The notes under the pieces are model-generated. The model was not told the origin of the DNA and made no database searches. It saw only the letters and a list, made by a program, of their open reading frames with translations. This document shows, piece by piece, positions 33,345-46,900 of a stretch of 64,000 bases of DNA (the stretch's first letter is position 1; every line of letters starts with the position of its first letter). This DNA comes from Hypanus sabinus (lineage: Eukaryota). A program made the translations under genes and the position numbers. The DNA is taken from positions 27,156,001-27,220,000 of the forward strand of contig NC_082722.1 of the NCBI RefSeq assembly GCF_030144855.1, read 5' to 3'.

Positions 33345-36300
33345 CGATTAGACCACAAGATGTAGAAATAGGCCATTCGGCTCATCGAGTCTATTGGGCG
33401 ATTGAATCATGGGATCATCCAATTATTTTGGTCATGTCCACTCCCCTGCCTTCAGCCCATACCCTTTCACGCCCTGTATAATCAAGAACCTATTCATCTC
33501 TGTCTTCACTACACCTAATGACTTGGCCTCCACAGACGCTCGTGGCAAAAAATTCGACAGATTTACCACTCTCTGACTAAAGTAATTCCTCCGCATCTCA
33601 GTTCTAAATGACCGTCTTTCAATCCTGAAATCATGCCCTCTTTTCCTATAATCCCTACCATGGAAGATAACCTTCCAGAATCTAACCTGTCCAGGCCTTT
33701 TAACATTCGGAATCTGTCTGTGCTATCCCACCTTATCCTCCAGAACTCCGGGGAATTCAGCCCAAGAGCTACCAGACGTTCCACATACAGTAACCCTTTC
33801 ATTCGTGGAACTATTTTTATAAATCTCCTCTGAATACTCTCCAATGTCAGGATATCCTTTCTAAAATAAGGAGCCCAAAACTGCACACAATACTCCAAGT
33901 GCGGTCTCACGAGTGCCTTATAGAGTCTCAACATCACATCCCTGGTCTTTTGTACTATACCTGTAGAAATGAATGCCAAAATTGCATTCACCTTCTTCAC
34001 AAACGACTCAACCCGCAGGTTAACATTTAAGGTATCTTGCACAAGAACTCCCAAGTCCCTTTGTAAGTCTGCATTTTGAATTCTCTCCCCATCTAAATAA
34101 TAGTCTCCCCGTTTATTTCTTCCACCAAAGTGCATTATCATACACGTTCCAGCATTACATATCTTTTACCACCTCTTTGCCCAATTCCCGAAACTATTTA
34201 AGACTCACTGCAGGCTATTTGTTTCCTCAACATGACCCGCTCCTCCACCTGTTATTGTATCATCGGCAAATTTCGTCATAAATCCATTAATACAGTATGC
34301 CAAATCATTGGCAATTATCGTAAAAAGCAGGAAAAAGCGGTTTACCGGCTGCCAGCCAGAATAGGATCACTTTATTCCCACTCTCTGTTTTCTTCCGACA
34401 AGCCAATGCGACCCATGCTAGTCTCTGTAATTCCATGGGCTCTAATCTTGTTAAGCAGCTTCTTGTGTGGCAGCTGATCAAAGGCCTTCTGAAAATCCAA
34501 GTACACCACATCTACCACATCCCCTTTGTCTACCCTGCTTGCAATTTCCTAAGCACATTGTAGTATGTTAGTCAGGCAGGATTTTCCTGTCAGGAAACAA
34601 TTCTAGCTTTGGCCTATCTTGAATTGTGCCTCCAGATACTACGTAAACTCTTCCCGATCAATCGATTCCAATAACTTCACAACCACTGATGTCAGGCTAA
34701 CAGATCCATAGTTTCCTTTCTGCTGCCTCATCACTCTTCTTAAATAGCGGAGCAGCATTTGGAATTTTTCAGTCATCTGGTACAAAGCCCTTGTCCCCAC
34801 AAGGATAGTGTCTGGATTGTGGAGCATGTCTTCTGACACTAGGTTGAGTGAAATCGGTCTTTTTTTCTTGGGGCCACGGAGGCTGAGAGCTGACATGATA
34901 GAGGTGTATAAGGTAATGAGAGGTAATGATCGTGTGGATAGTCAGAGGCTTTCTCCCAGGACTGAAATGGTTTGCACGAGAGGGCACAGTTTTATGGTGC
35001 TTAGAAATGGTACAAGGGAAATGTCAGGGTTAGGTTTCTTTACACAGAGAGTGGTGAGTGCATGGAATGAGCTGCCAGAGGCCGTGGTGGAGGCAGAAAA
35101 GATAGTGAATGTTAGGAGACTCCTGGATAAGTACATGGAGCTTGGAAAAATAGAGGGCCAAGGGGAAGCCTAGGTAGTTCTAGTGTACAGCTTTGTGGAC
35201 GGAAGATCCTTTATTGTGTTGAAGGTTTTCTATATTTCTATGTTTCGAATGCCAGAATGTATTGATTCTTGAAAGATCTTCGTTAATCCCTCCGAAATTT
35301 CTCCAACTCTTTCCTTCAGAACCCGAGGTTGCATTCCATAATGTCCAGGAGTATTATCCACCCTCAGACCATTAAGCTTCCTCAGCATCACTCAGTCGTA
35401 ATTTTCACTGCACAGACTTCATTTCCTTGACACTCTTGATTGTGCAGTATACTGCAAACGTCTTGCAGTGTGAAGACTGACACACAATACGCATTCGGTT
35501 CCTCTGCCATCTCTGCATCTCCCATTACAATATCCACAGCGTCATTTAGTATTGGTCTTATATGTAACCTCGAATGTCTTTAACCCTTTATATACTTAAA
35601 AACTTACAGTAACTTCTTTGATATTACTCACTAGCATCTTTTCTGAATTCATCTCTTTCTTCCTAATGACCTTCTTCGTTTCCTTCTGCAATTTTTCCCA
35701 ATTCTTTATCTTTCCTCTAGCTTAGACTTCCTTGTATGCGCTATCTTTTGTTTTTTTTTTTACTTTAGCTCTGACTTCCCTTAGTAGCCACAGTAGTGTC
35801 CTTACTACATTTGAAAATATCTTCTTATTTGGTGTGTATATGTCTTGCACTTCCCTCATTTGTTGCAGCTTCAGCCATTGCTGCTCTGTTGTCCTTCCTG
35901 CAAATGCGCTATCCAGTCAACTTTATCAAGTTCGCCTCTCATGCCATTCTAATTTCCTTTATTCCACTGAAATAAAGACACATTGAATATTATTCTTCCG
36001 TCTGAAATTTCAATGTGAACGCGATCATATTGTGATCCCCCTTGATTAAGGATTCCTTAACCTTAAGCTCACTTATCACTGCCGGATTTTTACACAACAC
36101 TCAATCCAGCGCAGCCGATAACCTAGCCACCTGTTCTATAAAGTCATCCCTTGGACATTCTACAAATTTTCTCTTAAGATCCAGTGCTGAGCTGGTTTTC
36201 TCAATCCAATGTCATATTAAAATCCCCAATGATTATCATGACATTGTGTTTCTGATACGCTTTTCCTACCTCTTGCTGTAATTTGTAATCCACATCCCGG

Positions 36301-37860
36301 CTGCCGTTCGAAGGCCTGTAGACAACTGCCATTAGGGTCCTTTTACAATTGCCATTTCTGAACTCAACTAGTAGAGTCTCTACAACTTCCAACCCTAAGA
36401 CATCATTTTTTAATGATTTAATATGTTTTTTTATACACAAAGCCACACTGCATTCTTTGCCTACTAATCTGATTTTCGGATACACTGTAAATCCTTGGAC
36501 ATTAGCCAAGTTTCAGAGGTGGCCACAATATCATATATGGAACATCATACATGCCAATCAGTAGCTGAATTTCAATATCGTCCATTTTATTCCTTGTGCT
36601 GCGTGCATTCAAATCTAACGCTTACAGTCCAGTATTTGTTGTATTTGTTGTTTTCTGTTTTAACTGCAAGACGCCTCTATTGCCCTGTAACTCACGCCAT
36701 TGGCTGTGATTAAGCCTCATTTCCTGACTATTCTTTGTATAAACTCAGTTGCACGGTATCTTAGATTTATTTCTGTTTTCCCCTTTCAGAACCCCATCAT
36801 TCTGGTTCCCATACCCATGCCAAATGAACTAAAACGCTCCCTAGCAGCTCTATTAAATGTGACCGCTTGGATATTGGACGCATTTCGGTTCAGGTCTAAC
36901 CCGCTCTTTTTGTACTGGCCATATCTCCCGCAGAAGAGGCCCCAATGATCCAGGAATCTGAAGCCCTGCCGCCTACACCAGTCTGTCTGCCACACTTTAA
37001 TACGGATGAACATGCTATTTTTGCACTCGCTAGCACGTGGCACAGGCAGCAATCCTGAGATAACTGCCTGAGAGGTCCTGCTTTCTACCGAACCCCCTGA
37101 TTTCTCTCTTCACACATCTTCCCTTTTTCTACATTTGACATTCATACCAATGTGTACCCGGACTTCTGGCTGTCCATCCTCCCCCTTCAGAATATTCTGT
37201 CCGTTCCGAGACACCCCTTACCCTGGCACCTGGATGGCAACACATCATTCAGGTACCTCTATGAGGCTGACAGAAACGCCTGTCTGTTCTTCTCACTATG
37301 GATCCCCTAAGAAAAGCGCATTCTACATCTTCCTCTTTTCCTTCTGTAACACGTAGCCAGGATCAGTGGCACTGAGACTATCGGAATGGTCGTCCTCTGT
37401 CAGGACATCGCACTGAACAGCTTCCAAAACGAGATAACAATTACAGAGGCGGATGGCCAGAGGGACGCTCATTATTATCTGAGATGTGTCCTTTGCTTCC
37501 CTGACCGCCACGTACATATCATAGACATGCAGCCTCGGGGTGACTACCTGTAGCTCTATCTATCTCCTGTTCAATCTCCCTACTACGCCGAAGGTCATCG
37601 AGCCACAGCTCCAGAACACTTAACATGGTCTGTCAGGAGCTACATCTCGGTGTACATGGCGCAGGTGTGGCCATCTGGTAGACTGGAAAAATCCTGGGAT
37701 TTCCACATCTGACACCCGGAGCAAAATACTAACCTTACCAACATGTTTAAAAAATGTAAAGATATCCCTCAAAAATATAACGAAAAAGCAAACATGAAGT
37801 CCACCTACCCACTTACCTCGCCGAAGCCTGAATGAGCCAAAGCCTGTTGGGTCTAATCTC
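33345..37860 (-). mobile_element. Near full-length degraded CR1 (ORF1 esterase, endonuclease, RT), counterpart of the split CR1 in copy A
   Basis: RPHLEYCVQFWAPYFRKDI (33563-34141), GNYGSVSLTSVVVKLLESI, VVYRPSNG..IIIGDFN, QGFRFLDHWGLF. Confidence 0.92.
34790..35247 (+). mobile_element. 5'-truncated CR1 nested in opposite orientation inside the 33345-37860 CR1
   Basis: RRLRADMIEVYKVMRGNDRVDSQRLSP...FFTQRVVSAWNELPE; ends in a tttctatatttctatgtttc tail. Confidence 0.85.
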
Positions 37861-37999
37861 GTCACAATTCTGTGCCTTAGTTCGTCGACCTCATCTGTCG
37901 CCGCTCATAGGTCCCGCAAAATAGACCAATGTCCGCGAAGCTCTTGTTTTAAATGACAGAGATATCAGTACCGTCTTTAAGCAGGATTTTGCTACCGGA

Positions 38000-40130
38000 G
38001 CACTGAAAAATGGCTGATGCGCATTCATTTATGAAGGCCCGCGTGTACAGGTAGCGAGCCAAATATCGGTGTCGGGAAAAGATACTGAATGAAGGACAGA
38101 ATCTGTCAAAATCTGGAAAAGCAAAGGGCGTAAAAGTCACCGTCACAATGGGTTTCTCATGGGGAGTCCAGTCTCACAAATTTGATTCCGCTGAAGAGAC
38201 TGTGCAGAAAATTGCTAAAGGGAGGCAAGTAGACAATATCTTAATTAAATTTTGTAGGGTCCCGTATGATGGTCTAGTAGACAATGCAGCGTGTCACGGG
38301 ACCCAGAGTGAGCAAGCCAACTGAACACAGGAGCACAGAATTGGTTTACCAGGGAATCAGACGGTGATAGTGGAGATTTGATAGCAAGAGTAGACTTGCA
38401 ACTAGTGATGTATTGCACAGGTAGGTTCTGGTTGCATCTCTGAGATGTTTAGATAATAGTAATTTTAGATTGTTAATAAATATCAGGATGCAGCGGAATT
38501 AGTGATATACCAGACAGGGAAGGTTAACGAAGACGTGGAACTGGGAAAGTGGGCCAAGCAATTGCAAATAGATTTTCACTCGGATATTTGCAAATATTGT
38601 TTCGATGCATTTTGGTTATTTAAGCTACGGCAGAAATTGCGCAATAGAATTATATCCCTCGACAATAATGTAGGACACGGTGACTGACAGGTACAGGCAC
38701 GTGATCTGTAAAATTGTCGATGGAGGTGGACTGGCTGGTAAAGAAGTTGTTCACCATTGAACCGACAGTTCGGAATCAGAATCAGTATCACAATCTGGTT
38801 TATTATCACCGGCATGTGTCGTGAAATTTGTTAACTTAGCAGCAGCAGATCAATACAATAAATAGTCTGGAGAGAGGGAAATCAATAAATCTAATAGACT
38901 ATGCGTATATTAAATAGATTGAAAAACGTGAAAAATAGAAATAATATATATTTAAAAACTGTTAGTATTCACGGGTTCAAAGTTCATTTAGGAATTGGAA
39001 GGCAGAACGGAACAAGCTGTTCCTGAATTGCATAGTGTGTTCCTCCGGGCTTCTGTTCCTACTACCTGAAGGTAACTGTGGGAACGTGAAATGCCTTGGG
39101 TACTGGGGATATTTAATAATGAATACAGCCTTTCTGAGACACCGCTGCTTGAAGATGTCCCGAGTACTTTGTAGGCTTATACCTAAGATGAACCCGACTA
39201 AATACTCCGACACTCTGCAGCTACTTTCAGGCCTGTGCAGAAGCCCACACCTCCCACCACCATGCCAGACGGTGACGCAGCCTGTCAGAATGCTGCCCAC
39301 AGCAGTGTTAAAGAAGTTTTTGAGTGTTTCTACTGGCCACATCTCTTCAAACATTAATGAAGTATAGTCGCTGTCTTGCCTTCTTTATAGGTGCATCGAT
39401 ATGTTGGGACCGGATTAAATCCTCAGAGAGCTTAACGCCCAGGGACTTGAAACTGATCACTCTCTCCACTTCTGATGCCTCTATGAGGATTCGTGTATAT
39501 TCTTTCGTCTTAACCTTCCTGAAGTCCACAAGTATCTCTTTCGTCTTACTGACGTTGATTGCAAGTTGTGGCAATGAGTATAGGATCTGTGGCGTCATGT
39601 TCAACTGTACAAATCGTTGGTGAAACAGTACGTTGTGCATTCGTTTGTGAAAATATGCTGTGCATTTTGATCGCCAACTATAGAAAAGATGTGATGAAGC
39701 TGCAGATAGTGTAGAAAAGATTTACTAGTGTGATAGGAGGACAGTGCGATTTTCACTACAGAAAGAGACTGGGGCAATTTATCCCTAGAGCAAAGGTGGT
39801 TGCGCGGTGACCATATATAAGTAACGTCAGGAAGGGCGTAGGCGGGGGTATGATCACAGACTTTTACCCAGAATCGGTTAACTGAAAACGAGTTTTCTGA
39901 AACTGATATTGAAACTGAAAATGATTCCAGGAGAGAGAAAAAATATTTAAAATGAGTCTATGGCAAGTTTTTCAACAAAAGAGGTTTGGTAAATGGAACA
40001 GATTACCAGATGAATCTGTAGAAGAGGGTACGATTCTATTGCGTGAAGTACATTTGGATTGTTACATGGATAGAAGAAGTTGATTGTGGCATGATCCAAA
40101 CGCAGCTAAATACAACCAACTGGGGTCGCC
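38000..40130. mobile_element. Old CR1 (plus) with nested Rex1/Babar (minus, about 38770-39565), paralogous to 10020-12110
   Basis: KQRCLRKAVFIIKYPQYPRHFTFPQLPSGSRNR; QLAINVSKTKEILVDFRK. Confidence 0.75.
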
Positions 40131-40405
40131 AATGATCCATATTTCAATACTTCCAATTTGACATCAGAGAATGCATGCAATATGCAAACTGAAATTCTTG
40201 GCTTTTGCAGACATCATGAAAACTGAAGAGCAGCCTAAACAATTCATGACAACAGATAAGTTAGAACCCCAAAGTCTTCTTCTCCCCCTCTCACGAACAA
40301 GCAGCAACCCTCAGTTACCTCTACCCCAGCAAGAAAACAACAGCAAAGTCTGCAGTATGAAAAAGAAATCTCGATGATCGGCAACAAGCTCTCCCCAATC
40401 AACGA

Positions 40406-40411
<6 letters not shown>

Positions 40412-40450
<39 letters not shown>
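40412..40450. repeat. (TG)n microsatellite, about 19 units
   Basis: Direct reading. Confidence 0.98.
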
Positions 40451-40452
<2 letters not shown>

Positions 40453-41596
40453 ACGTGTGTATGTGCGGTTTTCTGTGCGAGAGAGGGCGAATGCCATGAA
40501 TAGGCAAATACTGGAACCACACCTATAAAATGAATTTCGGTGCAAAAGTACCTACCTGGAATTCAGAACTGCAAGGTAAGTTCTCAGACTAGAAGTGAAT
40601 GATGGGAATCGCATATGAGGGTAAAACAAAGTGCAGTACAGATGTCTTATGACTTTAAAATTCACTTTACAAATATTGGCCAGATTGTTTTTTAATTCTA
40701 CAGATGCCTTGTTAATTGCAATTGTTGCTGAAAAATGCATTAATTTCTTTGGAAGTACTGATAACTATGAAAAAATTATTTTCCCTGCTGTACATGGGAA
40801 TCGAAGTTATACTCGATTAATGAGCAAGTTCGTGCAATTAACAGTAATAATGCAGGAATCAGCATTACCATTTTTAAATAACACGGGCCAAATATCCTAT
40901 TTATATACACACATAGTTTGGATTTCATTTTGGCTTGATGTGAATAACAGTCAGGATAAATACCAATCAGGTTCTGTACTAATGTTTTCAACAATTTCAA
41001 CATAATGACAAACTAATTCAACAATATTGTGTGAATTAATTCATTCTCTTAGAATCCTGGTCCACTCTTTCGTCAGCTATTTTTAACCTCCTTTCAATAC
41101 AATTCTGCGGATTCCAAGCGTTCGCTACAATTATTTTCATTCTCTTAGTTACCTTGACTGTTTATGAAGCTATTTCCCCTGCAATTCACACTCTAGTTAC
41201 ACGTTGACAGCTTGTCTAGGCGAGCATTTGGCCAGCAACTTTGGAAGTAGGATTTCTGAATGTGTGGCATTTAGTTTTCTACCTCAGTAGTACCTTACTT
41301 ATTTTGGCCCTCAATGATTTTGCCACTGTAACTGGACGGCAGAATCAAAGTTGTAAGAATACCGTAATGTATTAATTTCAGAACGTACCCTCCGGGATTG
41401 TAGACAGCTGGTTGTAGTTCTACTGCAGTTGTTTAATGCTACTCTAGAACAATGTTTCCCAGCCATTTGAGCCCAGAGACCCCTCAAGCACTTTCATGCT
41501 TGCCAAAGCCCCACTAAAGCACTTTCAAACTTGCCAACGACCTTCTTAAGCACAGGAAGCATACCGGTGCCACCGTAGTGCAACACCTGTCTGCTA

Positions 41597-43200
41597 CAGT
41601 GGCATGCAAAAGTTTGGGCACCCCGCTCAATATTTCTGTTAGTTTCAATATCTAAGCGAATAAAAAAATTACCTGCTTTCCAAAAGGCATGCAGATAAAG
41701 ATGACAGACTTTTTAAATATTTTAAGCGAGGGTACTTTTTTTTTAATTTCCATCTTTTGCAGTTTCAAAGTAACAAAAAAGGAAAAGGGTCCGAAGTAAA
41801 AGTTTAGACAACCTGCATGGTCAGTTTTAATAACACTCATTTTGGCAAGTACCAAAGCTTGTGAACGCTTTTGATAGCCAGCCAAGTTTCTATCAATTCT
41901 TGTTTGTGGGATGTTCGCCCATTTTTTCTTGCAAAAGGCTTCCAGTTCTGTGAGATTCCTGGGCTGTATTGATCTGGTTTTTTGAGGTTTATCCACAGAT
42001 GTTCGATGATGTTCAATTCTGGGGATGTGAGGGCCATGGCAAAGCCTTGACCTCGCGCTTCTTGAGGTAGTGCATTGTGGACTTTGAGGTGTGTTTAGGG
42101 TCATTATCCTGTTGTAGAAGCCATCATCTTCAGCTCTTTTACAGACGGTGTGACGGTTGTTCCACAATTTGGTGGTATTTAATTGAATTCATTCTTCTCT
42201 CTACCACTGAAATGTTCCCGTGCCACTGGCTGCAACACAAGCCCAACACATGCTTGATCCACCCCGTGCTTAAAGTGTTATTTTCCCAAAATTCTGCACC
42301 GTTTTTTTCTCCAAACATACATTTGCTCATTGCGAGCAAAAAGTTCTATTTTAACTTCATTAGTCCACAGGACTTGTTCCCAAAATCCATCAGGCCCGTT
42401 TAAATGTCCCTTTGCAAACTTCTGAAGCTGAATTGTGTGGTGACGACACAAGAAAGGTTTTATTCTGATGACTCTTCAATGAAGGTTATAATTCTGCAGT
42501 TGCCGCTGCACAGTAGAACAGTGCACAAGCACTCTAGAGTCTGCTAACTCTTCGGGAATGTTTTTTTGCAGTCAAACGGGGATTTTGAAATGCCTTTCCA
42601 GCAAGCTAACGAGCAGTTCTCTCGGAAAGGTTTCTAGCTCTTCCAGAACTCAACCTGACCTCGACTGTTCCTGTTAACTGCCATTTCTTAATTACATAAC
42701 GAACTGAGGAAACGGATGTCTGAAAACTGTTTGGTTTCTTCTTTTAGCCTTCTCCTGCTTTTTGGGCATAATTCATTTTAATTTTCAGAGTGCTCGGAAG
42801 CTGCTCAGTGGAGCCCATGGCTGCTGATTCTTAGCAGAAGATTTGAGGATCAGGGCATTTATAAAGCTTTGAAATCTGCATCATCTGGTCTTTCCTAACG
42901 AAAATTCTGAACAAGCTATAGCCCTAAAAAGTTAATTACTGTCTGAGACCTTGGTAGAAGTTATCTAAAAGGTTAAATCTCTTGGACAGCCCAAACTTTG
43001 GCATGGTGCTCCTTTCCGTTTTTCACTCTAAAATTGCACAAAACAAAAATAATAAACTAATCTTGCTAAAATGTTGAAAACAATGTTACATCTTTAACTT
43101 TCTGACTTCTGGGGATCAGTTCATCTTCTTCTTGCTTAATTATTCACAGTGACAGACAGAAATTTTGACCATTGTTGCCCAAACCTTTGTATGCCGTTGT
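41597..43200 (-). mobile_element. Tc1-like DNA transposon (long IR/DR-type ends), degraded transposase on minus
   Basis: TA|CAGTGGCATGCAAAAGTTTGGGCACC left end; degenerate right ends at about 42985-43010 and 43170-43200; SPELNIIEHLW (DD34E glutamate region) and CSQWHGN..VERRMNSIKYHQI. Confidence 0.9.
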
Positions 43201-43993
43201 CTATGCTAACTTGAGTAAAATAAATTCTCAGGGTTGGCAGGTTCACCGATTGACTCAAATTCTTTTGACTCCTTTCGGCTCCAGTCAAGAGCAGTATCAC
43301 TGCGCGACCTGTTTTCTGTACATCTGTAGAGAAAGTTGAGATGCTGTACTTGTAAATTGTATGAACTCTCTCCTTATCGCGATTCAAGGAGAACTGTTCG
43401 GTACATTTGTTGCTATTCTATGCATTCCAAATAATATCTGTTTGATTGTTCAGGTTGGATGAGATTGCTAATTTTCAGAAGCGTTGCGACGGCTAGTGTT
43501 CTACACGTGCAGAGTGATGGTTTTTCCTGTGTTCCCGTGCCTCATCCTTTCATTGCGAAGCATCTACTGTAACGATCGATCAGTTCTCGTGCCTCAAGAT
43601 AGGGTGCCGCTTAACAACCACCCACCCCGTACCCCGGCAAAAGTCATGAACCCCACCACCCCCGCCCAGCGATTTTCATTTTTCCCAGCGCCCTCTTGGG
43701 AAACGTAACAGTCTTCACTTCTAGGAATTACTGCTTCAGAGGAAAGGAGGTTGTGTTTCCATGGGATGACTTACCTACTTCGCTGCTCCAGGGTCTATTT
43801 ACCAGCATCCTTGAACATGTCAAATAATTATTGAAAGAGGAGCAAGAGGATAAGACGTGTAAAAATAGGAGCAGTCAAGTATGACAATGGGATAGTGTGT
43901 ATGGAAACGGAGGAAATAGCAGGGGAACTTACTGGATACTTTTGCTTCAGTATTCAGTATAGAAAAGGATCTTGGTCATTGTAGGGCAGACGT

Positions 43994-46900
43994 TGTCATG
44001 GTCCGGTACATGAAATCCGCATTCCGGTTCACGGTCCGGTCCAGTTCCTTATTCCAGCTATTCTGTGTATCCCCAGTTTTGGTTGTGGCAGCTGATTCTT
44101 GTTTGGGCTGGTCTCATAGGTAGCTTCAGGATTCGGCCTCTGGCTGCTGATTTGTTCCTGTCCAAACGCCTTGCCTGCATCCCTCCTCTTCACGTTCCTG
44201 CCTGGAGCCTTGCCTCGCCTCGCCTCTGCTTGGAGCCTTGCCTTGCTTCACCTCGCCTCTGCCTGGAGCTTTGACTTGCCTCAACCTGCCTCTGCCTGGA
44301 GGCTTGCCTTGCCTCGCCCTGCCTCTGAGTGGATCCTCGCATTGCCTCTCCTTGCTTCTGCCCGGAGCCTTGCCTTGACTCTGCCTGGGGCATAGCCTTG
44401 TCTTGCCTTGCCTCAGCTTGCCTCTGCCTGGATCCTCGCCTTGCTTCGTCTTTCCTCAGCCTGGAGCCTCGCCTTGCCTCACCTTACCTTTGCCTGGATC
44501 CTTACCTGTCCTCACCCTTTCTCTGCCTAGAACCTCGCCTCGCCTCTGCTTGGAGCCTTGCCTTGCTTCACCTCGCCTCTGCCTGGAGCTTTGACTTGCC
44601 TCAACCTGCCTCTGCCTGGAGGCTTGCCTTGCCTCGCCCTGCCTCTGAGTGGATCCTCGCATTGCCTCTCCTTGCTTCTGCCCGGAGCCTTGCCTTGACT
44701 CTGCCTGGGGCATAGCCTTGTCTTGCCTTGCCTCAGCTTGCCTCTGCCTGGATCCTCGCCTTGCTTCGTCTTTCCTCAGCCTGGAGCCTCGCCTTGCCTC
44801 ACCTTACCTTTGCCTGGATCCTTACCTGTCCTCACCCTTTCTCTGCCTAGAACCTCGCCATGCCTTTGCCTGGAGCCTTGACTCGCCTTGACTCAGTATG
44901 GAGCCTCGCGTTGTCTCGCCTTGCGTCGGCATATAGTCTTGCCTCGCCTCGCCTCGCCTTGCTTCTGACTGGAGACTCGCCTTGCCTCGCGTTGCCTCAG
45001 CATGGAACGTTGTCTTGCCTCGGCTTGACCCTGCATAGATCCTCGCCTTGCCTCGCCTCGCCTCGGCTTGCTTCTGCCTGGAGCCTCGCCTTGCCTCTGC
45101 CTGGAGCCTTGCCTCAATTTGCCTCAGCACAGAGCGTTGCCTTGCGTCGGCTTGACTGTGCCTGGATCCTCGCCAGGCCTCACCTTTCCTCAGTCTGCAG
45201 CCTCGCCTTGCCTCGCGTTGCCTCGCCTTGCCTATGCCTGGCGCCTTGCCTCGACTTGCTTTTGCCTGGAGACGAGCCTTGCCACGCATTGCCTCAGCAT
45301 GGAACGTTGCCTTGCCCTGGCTTGCCGCTGCCTAGATCCTCGCCTTGCCTCGCCTTGCCTCAGCCTTGTGCCTCGTCTTGCCACGCTTTGCCTCTGCAAA
45401 GAGCCTCGCCTTGCCTCTTCCCGGAGCCTTGCCCTGCCTTGCCTATGTCTGGAGCCTCACCCTGTTTGGAACTTTCTGTCTGTGTCCACACCTTCTCTAG
45501 GTACGTCCGGTTGTTTGGCCGCTAACTAGTGTTGGGAACTGTCTCGTCGAGTTCGGCGTTCAGTGTAATGAGTCCCGGCCCTACGTACTGTACTCAAAGA
45601 GGGGTCCCGGCTCTGTGTTCCATGTTCCTGTCTCTTCCTCGACCCAGGGCTCTGCGTTCCTTTTCTCCTTCAACCAAGGCTCTGTGTTCTCGTATTGTAC
45701 ATGTGCCTCGCCCAGCCCAGGAGAACCTTGCCCAGCCTAATGCTGGAATTCCCCCGTTCTGTGCTAGGGTTTCCTTTTCCTGTCCTGGTGTCTCAAGCCC
45801 AGTCCTGTGCCTCTCCTTGTCCTGTAGCCAAGCCTTGTCGTCTCCCTGTTCTAGAGTCCGAGCCCAAGTCAAGACCCTGGATTTGGGTCCTTGTCTAGTC
45901 TTTAGCTCGTTCTCCAAGCCCAGGTTTCTAGTTCCCAGTTCCATGTCCTGGTTCCGCAATCCTTGTCAATTCCTAGCCCAGGCCTGGATCCCTTATCTCA
46001 TCCGGGTCTTTGTCATGTCCAGCGACCTTTCTTCTTCACTTCCCTTGCTTCCTTCTCATGCCTAGTCCTGTTCCAGGTAGTTCAGTGTCTGTGTCTTGCA
46101 TTTGGATCCACTCCCAACCCCCTTCTTATGACAGGACACTCTAACCAGACTTGGACTCAGCGACAAAGACACTTCCGTTTAACTCTCGCGCTCTACTCTT
46201 TTGTTGAATGCCTCCTCGCTCGTCCGTGTCTTCCACAGGCTGGGGAAGCCTTTTGATTCGCCAGGAGGTTCCCATAGAGTCGGGGTAGTGGCATGATCCG
46301 GTCTATGAAATCTGTCATTCCGGTTCACTCCCGATCCTGTTATTTATTCCAGGAGTTCCGGGTTTCCCCAGTTTCAGTTGAGATAGCTTATTCTTGTTTG
46401 CTTTTGCCTCATAAATAGCTTCAGGATTCAGCCTCTGGCTGATGGATTTTTCCTGTCCACACCACTTCTTTTCATCTTCCTGCCTGGAGCCTCGCCTTGC
46501 CTCGCCTCGCCTCTGCCTGGAGCTTTCCCTCGCTTGCCTCTGCCCGGAGGCTTGCCTTGCCTTGCCTGTGTCTAGATCCTCGTCCTGTTTGGAAATGTCT
46601 GTCTGTGTCCACGTCTTCGCTTGGTAGGTCCGTCCATTTTGCCGCTACCTAGCGTTAGGAATTGTCTCGTTGTGCTGAGCGTTCTGTGTAATGGGTCCCG
46701 CCCCTACGTCATGTATCCAAGGAGGGGTCCTAGGGGCTTGCGTTCTTGCTCTCCCTTATGCAAGGCTCTGTGTTCTACGTTTCTGTTCTCCCTGTACAAA
46801 GGCTCTGTGTTCTCGTCTTGTCTATGGACCTCGCCCAGCCCAGAATTACCTTGCCCAGCCCAGTGCTGGGATTCCCTCGTTCTGTGCTGTGGTTCCCTTG

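Larger units (their letters stand above)
29140..40400. repeat. Segmental duplication copy B of about 1-12500 (copy A)
   Basis: Collinear matches 1-1356/29140-30435, 1357-3233+9337-9990/33374-37860 and 9900-12500/37800-40400. They include unique sequence and the same nested CR1/Rex1 junctions; roughly 75-85% identity by eye. Confidence 0.85.

Noticed and set aside
40631-41005. 124-aa plus and 75-aa minus ORFs in unique sequence
   Set aside because: AT-rich, no domain and no splice support.
44170-45460. Repeat array as a possible CRISPR
   Set aside because: No constant repeat with unique spacers, no cas genes, eukaryotic LTR context.
44065-45529. Many long ORFs on both strands (up to 221 aa; LASPRL/RRGEAR repeats)
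   Set aside because: Translations of the low-complexity GCCTY array inside an LTR. Stops are rare for compositional reasons and there is no domain.
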